Virus record (IMG/VR): IMGVR_UViG_3300006175_000009
Location: 14,118 to 78,117 of that record
Source: a virus
Length of the DNA stretch: 64,000 nucleotides
Strand: one strand, 5' to 3'
This document shows, piece after piece, positions 47,531 to 56,258 of the stretch. How positions within the stretch are numbered: the stretch's first letter is position 1; each line of letters starts with the position of its first letter. Below the pieces are notes generated by a model that saw only the letters and a program-made list of their open reading frames with translations, was not told the DNA's origin and made no database searches. A program made the position numbers and the translations under genes.

Positions 47531-47955
47531 CGTGTCGAACCACCGCTTCCTGATCCCACTGGACGAAGATGAACTGGATGAACTCCAGTCGAACGACGAC
47601 GTATGGAGGCCCTGCCCGAACTACCCTGGCTACGACGCCTCATGGAATGGCTGGGTTCGTTCATGGACCGTTCCGAACCACACGGTTCACGGCTACTACT
47701 ACGAGGTTCATCGCGTGAACCCCAAGGTGAACGGCCAGGTTCTGAACCGGCACCGTGGTCAGCTCGTGGCCGACGCCTTCCTGGTTCAGCCCGAACCGCA
47801 GTGGAACCTGACCTGGGAGGACGGAAACAAGCTGAACCATGCAGCCAAGAACCTCTCATGGGAGGACAGGCTGACCAGGGTTCAGCGGGCGAACCAGGCT
47901 GCTAAGCTGAACGGCAACCGTCCGCACAAGAGTCACTGCATCTGGGGACATGAAC
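47494..47955. repeat. GAAC/GTTC motif array 2
   Basis: About 28 copies in 462 bp (hand count), mostly inside the HNH-like CDS. Confidence 0.75.
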
Positions 47956-48230
47956 TGTCAGGGGACCTGGTTAGGATCACGGGTGACGGTTCCAACATGT
48001 GCATCGTCTGTTCACGTGCGCACGCCTCCCGGTACCAGGAGATCAGGACCCTGAAGAAGAAGGGCCTTCCGTATGACCATGTCACCCATGAGTACGTCCT
48101 GAAGCGTAAGGGCGTGTGGGTACCGGAAGACCAGCGACCTGAGGGTGCCCGGAAGAGGCCCCGATCCAACAAGCGAAACCAGAAGCTCAGGGAAGGACGT
48201 ATCACTCATGGCTCGGATGCTGCTTCGTGA
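47532..48230 (+). CDS. NUMOD4-HNH-like protein, probably catalytically degenerate, with a C-terminal Zn finger
   Basis: WRPCPNYPGYDASWNGWVRS (NUMOD4); LVADAFL..WEDGNKLNHAAKNLSW; KSHCIWGHEL...CIVC. Confidence 0.7.
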   Translation: MSNHRFLIPLDEDELDELQSNDDVWRPCPNYPGYDASWNGWVRSWTVPNHTVHGYYYEVHRVNPKVNGQVLNRHRGQLVADAFLVQPEPQWNLTWEDGNKLNHAAKNLSWEDRLTRVQRANQAAKLNGNRPHKSHCIWGHELSGDLVRITGDGSNMCIVCSRAHASRYQEIRTLKKKGLPYDHVTHEYVLKRKGVWVPEDQRPEGARKRPRSNKRNQKLREGRITHGSDAAS

Positions 48231-49068
48231 GGCGAAGCGCCACCACCACTACTGCTGTCCCGGTCACACTGCTAAGGGCTTCGATGCCCAGAACGCGAGG
48301 TCTCGTGAGCGCAATGTATGGCGCAAGGATGCTCGGTACCTTCTCGGCTCCAACCTGCCCAAGCTGCCGGAGGTCTTCGGGGCTGGACTGCGCTGAGATC
48401 GCACGGGCCAAGCAGGCTCAGCGACAGTACGAGAAGCGATCATGGCGGAAGGAGGTTGCACAACAGCGGGAAGAGGTGTAAGCTTGTCATCAGGACAAGG
48501 CAAGGAGGACAAGTGCTCCACTTCATCTACAACACCCTGGCAGTCATCGGGGGCTTCTCGGTGGTGATCTTCCTCTGGCAGTTCATCGTGGCGATCGTCA
48601 CCGTGATCGAGCTGGACCGGAAGGCCACTGCCGACAAGGCGGCCGAGGAGAACGAGATCCGCGAGAACCTGGAGAACGTGCGATGACCATCGACACCTTC
48701 ATGACGGGCTCTCTCGCTGTCATCATGGGCATCCTCGTCCTCGCGTTCGTGTACTGGGGCTGGAAGTTCGCCTCTCTCGCGTACTACGAGGAGAAGCTCA
48801 AGCTGGAGCAGAAGTACAAGGCCGAAGAGCCGAAGGACCAGAAGTGAACGGCCCGCTCATCGGTGTTATGGCCGTGATTGTGGCTGCCTTCGTGGTGGCC
48901 ATGATCTGGGAGGGCATCAAGGAGTACCGCAAGATGAAGGCTTGGGAGCACGACTTCCAGGCCAGACTGGACGCGGTCCGTCGTGAGCACGTAGCAATGC
49001 GTGATCAGATGTACCTCGACCACTTCAACCGCAAGATGAGTGACAGGCTCTCCAAGGAGGAGAAGTGA
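48208..49068 (+). other. Cluster of small hypothetical genes, several single-TM (e.g. 48513-48686, 48683-48847, 48844-49068)
   Basis: Chain of ATGA/GTGA overlaps, RBS AAGGAGG, high GC3. Confidence 0.5.
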
Positions 49069-49475
49069 AGGTCAAGTACGACGAGGTCGGCACCGTGACG
49101 GTCAGTGGCCGTGTCGTGCTGGGTCTGGCTGCTACGGTTGTGGCAGTCGGTGCGATCGGGTACGGTAGCTACGAACTGTTCTGGGACGTGAAGTCCAACA
49201 CCACCGACCGGAACGCCCAGATCGGCCGCCAGAACCTTGCGTTCCAGCAGAGCCGCATGGACGAGATCAGCCGCAAGCTCAACGAGAAGACCGCGCTGGA
49301 GAACGCTCTCGGCTCCGATGCCTCCCCGGAGGACGTGGCCAAGAACAAGGCGCAGGTCACCGCCATCCGCGACCAGATCTGCTCCGACTACGGGGATCTG
49401 ACCACCTCGTACAAGAACACACTGAACCCGGAGCGCTACTCCACTCTGGTACAGCTCTGCGAGGTGCAGAAGTGA
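49065..49475 (+). CDS. Membrane-anchored hypothetical protein
   Basis: N-terminal TM; helical domain with two Cys. Confidence 0.65.
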   Translation: MKVKYDEVGTVTVSGRVVLGLAATVVAVGAIGYGSYELFWDVKSNTTDRNAQIGRQNLAFQQSRMDEISRKLNEKTALENALGSDASPEDVAKNKAQVTAIRDQICSDYGDLTTSYKNTLNPERYSTLVQLCEVQK

Positions 49476-49943
49476 GCGCCATCAAGGAACTGAAGCCGTG
49501 CCACAACAAGAAGTGTGACCGGCACTACGAGGAGGCCAACACCCTCTTCTGCTGCAACAACTGCGCCAAGGCTGACGAATGGATGCTGAACCTGGCAGAC
49601 GTTCTGATCTCCGAGGACCCGCGCGTCGAGAACGTCCGCGAGTTCGAGAACGAGCTTCCCCACAAGCACTCGCCTGAGTGCCTGGCTCCCGCTTCCTGAT
49701 GAGCCGCAAGGACTGGACTGCCCGGCAGCATATCGAGAGAGCTTTCCATGTCTCCTTCATGCTGCCGGAGCAGGCGGCCCAACTGCTTGACGAGTATCGG
49801 GCCGAGGTTCGTGCCGAAGCCTTCCAAGAGGCCGTTGACTTCGTAAGGTCAGGGCCGGTTCCGAAAGAATCCGGGCGTCACTGGCATTGGTACCAGTTCG
49901 CCCTCAACCGAGCCGCAGACAGGCTCAAGGAGAGGTTCCTACA

Positions 49944-50537
49944 GTGAAGAACTACAAGCGCCCCCTGCTCGCCCTTGGTGTCACGGCCGCCATGGCGTTC
50001 AGCTTGACCGCCTGCTTCGGTGACGACTCCAGCCCGAAGGACTCCAACCAGCAGAAGGAGCAGCAGCAAGCCACCAACGGCATCAGCCAGCTCCTGGCCG
50101 CCCAGCCGGTTCACAGCTACTCCTACAGCCAGCTTCGCCAGAACCTTCAGGAGCTGGAGGACGCCCAGGCCAACGGCACGGTCACCACGGCCTTCTTCAT
50201 GCACATGGGCCTGAACGACCCGATCTTCTCCTGCCCCGCCATCGGTGCCCCGATCGCCTCCACCACGGAGCTGACCAACCCGCACCAGACGGAGCGCCAC
50301 GACGGGCAGTACAACGGCGGAAACACCGTTCTGGACCAGATGGACCCCACGGGCGTCTACTCCGGCCAGAGCACCGGTACCTACGTCATGTGCGTGGGTC
50401 AGAACGGCCAGGTCAACCCGGTCTACTGGGAGGGCTCGGTCCTCACCGCCTACGGTCCCGCGCACTGGGACAAGGCCGCGCACAACATGGTCATCGACGG
50501 CCCTTCGGGCTCCAAGTTCTCCGGGGTGAAGAAGTGA
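49944..50537 (+). CDS. Lipoprotein
   Basis: Signal peptide with lipobox SLTA-C; near-complete GC3. Confidence 0.7.
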   Translation: MKNYKRPLLALGVTAAMAFSLTACFGDDSSPKDSNQQKEQQQATNGISQLLAAQPVHSYSYSQLRQNLQELEDAQANGTVTTAFFMHMGLNDPIFSCPAIGAPIASTTELTNPHQTERHDGQYNGGNTVLDQMDPTGVYSGQSTGTYVMCVGQNGQVNPVYWEGSVLTAYGPAHWDKAAHNMVIDGPSGSKFSGVKK

Positions 50538-50707
50538 GCTACCACCCGCACACCACGCACGTCGTGCACACCCACAGCGTCCACGTGGTTCACCACTACC
50601 ACTGGTACCAGCCGCACTACTACTATGGCTCTGGTGGTCACCTGTTCCTCACGATCATGCTGTTCTTCGCGCTGATCGGTGTGGCAGTCTGGCTCGTCAA
50701 GCGGTAG
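50534..50707 (+). CDS. Small His/Tyr-rich membrane protein
   Basis: GTGA overlap; His-rich N-terminus and one TM. Confidence 0.55.
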   Translation: MSYHPHTTHVVHTHSVHVVHHYHWYQPHYYYGSGGHLFLTIMLFFALIGVAVWLVKR

Positions 50708-50713
50708 GAGATC

Positions 50714-50745
50714 GCCCCTCGGGATTCCGGGGGGCTTTCTCGTTT
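50714..50745 (+). terminator. Intrinsic terminator
   Basis: GCCCC...GGGGC hairpin followed by TTTCTCGTTT. Confidence 0.7.
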
Positions 50746-50747
50746 GC

Positions 50748-50777
50748 TTGACAACCTAACGGTGGTTGCACTACCTT
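50748..50777 (+). promoter_or_regulatory. Promoter for a leaderless gene starting at 50784
   Basis: TTGACA-N18-TACCTT, ATG 6 nt downstream. Confidence 0.6.
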
Positions 50778-50783
50778 AGGGGC

Positions 50784-50993
50784 ATGAAGAACGAGGAGAG
50801 CGTCACCGGGTGCCGATACTGCGGATGGGACGGATCGCACGGATTCGCCGCACCGCACAAGTACACCCCACCCGCAGAAGACCAGCTCAAGCAGCGTATG
50901 AAGTTCAGGCGAGTGATTCGTGAACTGAAGAGCTTGCGGAACGAACTGAACCGTGCTAACCTGGATGCACAACGACGGGGGGATCTCCCCTGA
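50784..50993 (+). CDS. Small Cys/His protein
   Basis: GCRYCG...H...H..TPP...LKQRM. Confidence 0.55.
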   Translation: MKNEESVTGCRYCGWDGSHGFAAPHKYTPPAEDQLKQRMKFRRVIRELKSLRNELNRANLDAQRRGDLP

Positions 50994-51017
50994 GGAAACG
51001 TTCTAGGGAGTACCCCC

Positions 51018-51263
51018 ATGGCAGTTCGCAAGAAGAACCCCAACGTGCGCGACTTCATCAAGAAGGTCCGCGCGGGTCTCGGGATGAGCCAGGCGGCCTT
51101 CGCCAAGTACATCGGCACCAATCTGGCCACTCTTCAGCGCTGGGAGTCCGCCACCGCAGCTCCGGGTGGGCTCATGGTGATCCGCCTGTTCGAAGCGGGC
51201 GTGGATATCACGGAGCTGGGCAAGGCATTCGAGGCCGACGCGGCCCTTCCGGCTGCGGCCTAA
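51018..51263 (+). CDS. XRE-family HTH regulator
   Basis: IKKVRAGLGMSQAAFAKYIG...TLQRWES. Confidence 0.85.
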   Translation: MAVRKKNPNVRDFIKKVRAGLGMSQAAFAKYIGTNLATLQRWESATAAPGGLMVIRLFEAGVDITELGKAFEADAALPAAA

Positions 51264-51273
51264 ACCAAGAAAC

Positions 51274-51308
51274 GCGAAAGCCCCGGCGATCCAGACCGGG
51301 GCTTTCGC
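51274..51308. terminator. Bidirectional-type hairpin terminator
   Basis: GCGAAAGCCCCGG / CCGGGGCTTTCGC 13-bp inverted repeat. Confidence 0.65.
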
Positions 51309-51334
51309 TGACAACACAAGGAGGAGTGGTTGCA

Positions 51335-52333
51335 ATGACGAGTATGAACGGTTCCGGTTTCGAAAGCAAGCTCAACGAGATCAAGGGACACAAGACCGCC
51401 AAGTCCGAATTCAACCGGGACCGTGCGGCGAAGGTGATCATCTGGGGTGCCACCGATCTGGTCGCGCTCTTCGCGCTGGCGCTGGGAGCCTGGTCCAACC
51501 AGACCGTGGCCAAGTGGCTCGGGTTCCCGGACCTGGCTGGCTGGGGCTTCTCCATCGTGATCGACGGTGTGTGGCTCGTGTCCATCGCCCTGATTCAGCT
51601 CCACCGGGAACAGCCCTGGAAGGCCGTACAGGCTTACCAGGCGGTCTACTACATGGTGGCCCTGAGCGCACTGACCAACTTCGGACACGGACTGATCCGA
51701 TTCGGTGTGAGCTGGCACGGCGCAGCGGCTGGTCTGGCCTTCGCGGTCCTGCCGATCTCGCTGAAGTGGCTCATCTCGGCTTCGACCAACAACCGGATGG
51801 GAACCCTCCTGAAGGCCCCGAACGCAAAGTCGCGGCTGAAGGATGCCGGGATGGTTCGGGCGGAACTGGAACTGAACGAGGCTCTCCAGCCGCTCATGAA
51901 CCTGGTGAACCAGTCGAGTTCCGATGAGGAGTCGCAGGTTCGGGCCCTTCAGAACCCGATCGAGAACGAGACCCCGGTTCAGGTTCGCCTGGATCGAGTC
52001 GAGGAGGAGGACCCGTTCGAGATTCCGAGCTGGGTGAACACTCCTCGCGCTGCGATCGAACCTCCGAAGCCTGTGGTTCCTGCTCAGCCGAACCTGGTTC
52101 CGGTGGAGAGCCCGAAGGTTCCGACCCAGGTTCAGATCAACTCCCGGCAGGAGCGGGTGAACGACCTGGCGCAGAGGATCGGCCAGAACGGCGGCCAGCT
52201 CAACTCCGTGACCTTCGCCCAGATCTCCGAGTGGTACGGGATCGACGCCAGCAAGAAGAGCACCCTCTCGGTCCTCCGCAAGGACGCACACCAGCGCTAC
52301 CTGGACAAGGCGACGCAGGGCCCGTACATGTGA
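51335..52333 (+). CDS. DUF2637/Spd-like membrane protein with a probable C-terminal DNA-binding domain
   Basis: Four TM segments (A.WLG...AGWGFSIVIDG, LSALTNFGHG, AVLP); Pro-rich linker; C-terminal VTFAQISEWYGI...STLSVLRK HTH-like segment. Confidence 0.65.
   Translation: MTSMNGSGFESKLNEIKGHKTAKSEFNRDRAAKVIIWGATDLVALFALALGAWSNQTVAKWLGFPDLAGWGFSIVIDGVWLVSIALIQLHREQPWKAVQAYQAVYYMVALSALTNFGHGLIRFGVSWHGAAAGLAFAVLPISLKWLISASTNNRMGTLLKAPNAKSRLKDAGMVRAELELNEALQPLMNLVNQSSSDEESQVRALQNPIENETPVQVRLDRVEEEDPFEIPSWVNTPRAAIEPPKPVVPAQPNLVPVESPKVPTQVQINSRQERVNDLAQRIGQNGGQLNSVTFAQISEWYGIDASKKSTLSVLRKDAHQRYLDKATQGPYM
51854..52189. repeat. GAAC/GTTC motif array 3, inside the DUF2637-like gene
   Basis: About 22 copies in 336 bp (hand count); many produced by GTT-C and GAA-C codon choices. 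Confidence 0.75.
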
Positions 52334-52342
52334 TCGAGACAG

Positions 52343-52388
52343 GAAGCCCCTCATTTCACTTCGGTGAAGTGGGGGGCTTCTTTGTTTT
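52343..52388 (+). terminator. Intrinsic terminator
   Basis: GAAGCCCC.CA.TTCAC-TTCG-GTGAAGTGGGGGGCTTC followed by TTTGTTTT. Confidence 0.8.
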
Positions 52389-52416
52389 GACTCTGCGTCA
52401 ATTTGCCCTCTAGGAT
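52387..52416 (+). promoter_or_regulatory. Promoter of the traB-like gene, with a palindrome over the -35
   Basis: TTGACT-N18-TAGGAT; TTGAC-N5-GTCAA. Confidence 0.6.
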
Positions 52417-52444
52417 TGTTAGTCCATCAAGGAGGCTCTTTGAA

Positions 52445-54289
52445 ATGCAGACGCACTGGCGGAACACCCTAACCGGAAGCATCGCAGTGGCTACAGCGGC
52501 CACAGTCACAGGACTTGTCACCCATGCCGAGTACGGCCAGCAGGCTCAGCTTGTCGAAACTCTGGTCGCTGGACTGGGGGGGACGGCTGCCCTGAAGCTG
52601 CTCTTCGACCAGAAGGACGGGCACGGCTTCAAGGAGGGCCTTGGCACCTCTCTGGGCTGGCTGGCCACCTTCGCCGGAGACGCTGCCATTGCGGGCTGGG
52701 AGGGTGGTGGACAGCAGTCGTTCTGGGCTTGGCTCGGTGGAGCTGCTGCTTCCGTGGCTCTTGGGTTCTCGTGGGCTGAGCATCGCCGCCACGACCGTCT
52801 AGAGCGTCACCACCGGACCGTGAGCATCAGGACCATGGAGACCAATTCCAAGATCGCCCTTATGCGTGAGGAGATGGCTGGACTGAAGCTCCTCCGGGAG
52901 CAGGAGAAGATGATGCCAAGTCCGGCTGAACAGCCGCCGGTATTCACCCGGAACATCGCGGGGAACATTCAGCACGCCATCTGGGAACTCAATGCGGGGA
53001 AGGTCATCATTCCGAGCGCTCATGTCACGGAGAACAAGCGTGGCTGGGAGGCCCGTCTGACACTTCCCAATGGCTACGGCCTGAAGAAGCTTGAGCGGGA
53101 TTGTGACGGCATCGCCCAGTCACTCGATCTGCTGGAGGTCCCGGAGGCCGTCTCTGGCGCTTCCAAGGGCCTGGCTGTCCTCAAGTACCGGGAGCCCGTT
53201 GAACTGCCGTCAGAGGTGCGCTGGAGCCCCGTCTCGCCCGGCAAGTGGTCCGACCCCGTGCTGCTCGGCATTGATGAGGACGGGAACACGGTCACCCTGG
53301 ACCTGAATGTTCACGCTCTGGTGGCTGGTGCTACCGGATTCGGGAAGTCCACCCTGATCAACACCATCATTCTCCAGCTTGCAGAGCGTGAGCATGTCAA
53401 GGTTACGGGCATCGACATGAAGCCCTTCTCTCCGGAATTCACTCCGCTCAAGCCGATCCTGAATGGCCTGATCTCCGATCTGGAAACCGCTCACTCGGTG
53501 CTCGACACCATCCGGGACGAGCTGTACATCCGTGGCGAGATCATGCAGAAGAACGGGTGGAAGAAGTGGCAGCCCTCTGCCGAAAAGCCCATCCGCTACT
53601 ACTTCTTCGATGAGTACGCGGAGCTGATCCGGCAGGACAAGGAACGCATCAAGGAACTCAAGGCAGCCAAGGGTCAGGCGAAGATGGATCAGGAGGCTTC
53701 CGACTTCAAGACGATTCAGTCCAAGGTCGAATCCATCCTGGCCATGTCGCGCGCCTACGGGCTGTACCTGGTGCTGGCCACTCAGCAGCCTTCAGCGGCT
53801 CTCTGGGGTGATGACACAGGCGCTCGTGGCAACTGCCCAATCCGCATCTGCTTCACCATGTCAGAGGCCACCCACGACCGTTTCGTGCTACCTGCTGGTT
53901 GGTCCACCGAGATCCTGGACGGTAAGCGCGGCCGGTTCGTCATGAAGAGCCCCATGCACATGACACAGGACCCGTACCTGGCGTTCATCGTGGATGACGA
54001 CCAGCTTGCCGACGAAGTGTTCCGCATTTCCATGAAGGTCCCTGAGCGCCCTCTGAGTGACTCGGAGGACACGATGGACACTCGGGTTGACTGGCTCACC
54101 AAGAGCCAGGGACAGAGCCCGCGAGAGCGTGTCATGAGCGTCCTCATGGCTGGTCCGGCCACCAAGCGGGAGATCGCCGACAAGACCAACCTGGACCCCG
54201 TTGGCTCCCAGCTCAAGCACGCGCTGAACGGCCTCCGCAAGGAAGAGGTCATCCAGGTGGACCCTGACAACGTGTGGTCCCTGACGTAA
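52445..54289 (+). CDS. TraB-like FtsK/SpoIIIE DNA translocase (N-terminal TMs, ATPase, C-terminal winged HTH)
   Basis: RBS AAGGAGG; VLLGIDEDG, HALVAGATGFGKST, GIDMK, FFDEYAEL, SRAYGLYLVLATQQP; C-terminal ERVMSVL..GPATKREIADKT...LNGLRKEEVI...W. Confidence 0.8.
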   Translation: MQTHWRNTLTGSIAVATAATVTGLVTHAEYGQQAQLVETLVAGLGGTAALKLLFDQKDGHGFKEGLGTSLGWLATFAGDAAIAGWEGGGQQSFWAWLGGAAASVALGFSWAEHRRHDRLERHHRTVSIRTMETNSKIALMREEMAGLKLLREQEKMMPSPAEQPPVFTRNIAGNIQHAIWELNAGKVIIPSAHVTENKRGWEARLTLPNGYGLKKLERDCDGIAQSLDLLEVPEAVSGASKGLAVLKYREPVELPSEVRWSPVSPGKWSDPVLLGIDEDGNTVTLDLNVHALVAGATGFGKSTLINTIILQLAEREHVKVTGIDMKPFSPEFTPLKPILNGLISDLETAHSVLDTIRDELYIRGEIMQKNGWKKWQPSAEKPIRYYFFDEYAELIRQDKERIKELKAAKGQAKMDQEASDFKTIQSKVESILAMSRAYGLYLVLATQQPSAALWGDDTGARGNCPIRICFTMSEATHDRFVLPAGWSTEILDGKRGRFVMKSPMHMTQDPYLAFIVDDDQLADEVFRISMKVPERPLSDSEDTMDTRVDWLTKSQGQSPRERVMSVLMAGPATKREIADKTNLDPVGSQLKHALNGLRKEEVIQVDPDNVWSLT

Positions 54290-54292
54290 CGC

Positions 54293-54323
54293 GAAAGGCC
54301 CCCGGCTCATCACCGGGGGCCCT
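54293..54323. terminator. Terminator between convergent blocks
   Basis: GGCCCCCGG / CCGGGGGCC hairpin. Confidence 0.7.
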
Positions 54324-54326
54324 CGT

Positions 54327-55148
54327 TCAGATCTGGTGCGGATGGTTCAACCTGTCGTTGAAGCGGTCCACCATCTCCACATCGACCTTGCGAGCGATGT
54401 AGAAGGTTCCCTGGGGGGAGTCCCAGACGGAGATCCCGTCCTTGTCCAGCTCCTTCAGGATGATGGCCTTCACGTTGTTGATCTTCTGAACATCTTCGTT
54501 CGTGATGGTCAGTGCGGCCTTGTGGATGGCCAGATGGGGCTTTCCCTCGTAGAAGGTGCCATCCGTTCCGCCCAGAACGTACATCTCGCTCATGTGTAGA
54601 GGCATCAGAAATTCACCTCGTTCATCAGCTCCGCGTACTGGTTCTCGATGTGCCAGGCCAGGTCACGCATGTCCACCCTCATGACGAAGGTCTCGTTTCC
54701 TCGGTAGCACATGCTCAGCTCCTCCACCGAGCGCCAGTCGGCACCCTTCTTGAGGAAGACGTCCAGGTGTTCTCCGGTGCCCGTCTCGTAGCAGAACTTC
54801 TTGCCCTCGTTGAGCTCCAGGGCGTCGAACTTGTTCCGAACATCCTGCCGGAGGCTCGCCCGGTTGATGCGCTTGCCATTGCTTGCTCGTGCCAGCATTT
54901 CGTGCTCCTTGCCTTGCTTGCGTGCTACTACAGTAGCAGTCTTACGAAGTCGGGTCAACCCAGTCAACAGACTGGATCTGAACATGACCAAGAGCAGCAC
55001 ACCCCAGCAGATACACAGCAAGAGCATTCTGAAGGTCATCCTCTCCGGCCCACTGATCAGGGTCCAGAGTAACCATCATACGGACGGAAACAGGGACGCG
55101 CCGCTCCTCATCGAAGAGCGACGCGTCCTCCTTGAGCTTCTTGATCAA
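54327..55148 (-). other. Three small hypothetical genes (54327-54605, 54605-54898, 54942-55148)
   Basis: Packed ORFs with phage codon bias. Confidence 0.5.
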
Positions 55149-55627
55149 CGCTTGCCACCACTCGCGGGACGCGCAGGGGCCGGAGCCGCAGGACGCGGAG
55201 CAGGCGCAGCGGGCTTGGGGGCCGAACCGGCGGGCTTGTTGTTGTTCACCGTGACGTTCGTGGTCTTGTTGATCGTCACGTTGGTGGTGCGGCCCGGCTG
55301 GTAGCTGCTGCGCTTCACGTAGACCGTGCTGTAGTTGGCCGGACGCGGAGCGGTGGACCAGCAGCCGCAGTAGCCCGTGCGGGGGTAGTACACGTGGTAG
55401 GAGTAGGGGATCACCGTACCCATCGGGTAGCAGTTGTTGACGTAGAGGCCCGCGCCCCAGCTCATCACGCACTCCTGGCCGGGGTGGGCCAGGACGTAGG
55501 TGTTGTAGGTGGCCTGCTCGGCGGCGGTGGGCTCCGGAACGTAGTCACCATCGTCCGAGCCACACGCGGTCAGAGCGAAGGTGAGAGCGGCACCGCAGAG
55601 CGCGAGCTTCCAAGCCTTGCTGTTCAT
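55145..55627 (-). CDS. Lipoprotein with Tyr/Cys-rich core and Pro/Ala tail
   Basis: Lipobox ALTA-CG; RBS GAAAGGA. Confidence 0.7.
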   Translation of the reverse strand: MNSKAWKLALCGAALTFALTACGSDDGDYVPEPTAAEQATYNTYVLAHPGQECVMSWGAGLYVNNCYPMGTVIPYSYHVYYPRTGYCGCWSTAPRPANYSTVYVKRSSYQPGRTTNVTINKTTNVTVNNNKPAGSAPKPAAPAPRPAAPAPARPASGGKR

Positions 55628-55669
55628 GTGAGTTCCTTTCGAGCCCTTGTCTTGCTGACAAGAAGAACT

Positions 55670-56206
55670 CTACACCCTCCCGAGCAGTTGTGCAACCTCC
55701 TTGAGGTACAGCCTGCGGACCTGGTTCCAGCGGGCGTCGGCAAGGGCGTTGTGGGCCCCTGAAGGCTGTTCAGGCATCGCCGGGTACCCGAGACGTTCGC
55801 ACTCCTGCATTATGTCGTTGGTGCGCATGGGGAAGCCCGCAGGAAGGTCGATCATCCGCCCGAAGAACTGGCACACCGCGACGTGATCGTAGGACGCGAA
55901 GTAGGCCCACAGAGAAGGGTTGGTCGTGTCCATGACGAAGCGTCGAATGTCAGCGGCGATCTCGTCCTTGGTCTTGATCTTGTCGAAGTCCGGATGCGTC
56001 TCGTCCCAGGGGTCTTCCCTGTCGAACCTCACGGGCAAGCTGTTCATGACGTTCTGCATGAGCCATGCGTGCTTCCGGATGCGCGGCAGTGGCATGTCAC
56101 GGTTGACAGCGTAGTACTCCTTGCCATCTGCCCTGACCATGCCAATCGAGATGGGCTCGATGGTGACGCCGTCCTCAAGGAACTCAAGGTCGTAGTCGAT
56201 TTCCAC
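55670..56206 (-). CDS. DEDD 3'-5' exoribonuclease, Rv2179c/RNase AS-like
   Basis: YDLEFLEDG...ISIGMV, W...NV, LWAYFASYDHV, HNALADARW. Confidence 0.85.
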   Translation of the reverse strand: MEIDYDLEFLEDGVTIEPISIGMVRADGKEYYAVNRDMPLPRIRKHAWLMQNVMNSLPVRFDREDPWDETHPDFDKIKTKDEIAADIRRFVMDTTNPSLWAYFASYDHVAVCQFFGRMIDLPAGFPMRTNDIMQECERLGYPAMPEQPSGAHNALADARWNQVRRLYLKEVAQLLGRV

Positions 56207-56258
56207 GATTCTCCAATCACCGATGGCCCCGCCTCACAAGGAGACGGGGCCGTTGGGG

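Noticed and set aside
47494-47955. GAAC/GTTC arrays as LexA (SOS) boxes
   Set aside because: Half-sites are irregularly spaced and do not recur as TCGAAC-N4-GTTCGA; most lie inside coding sequence.
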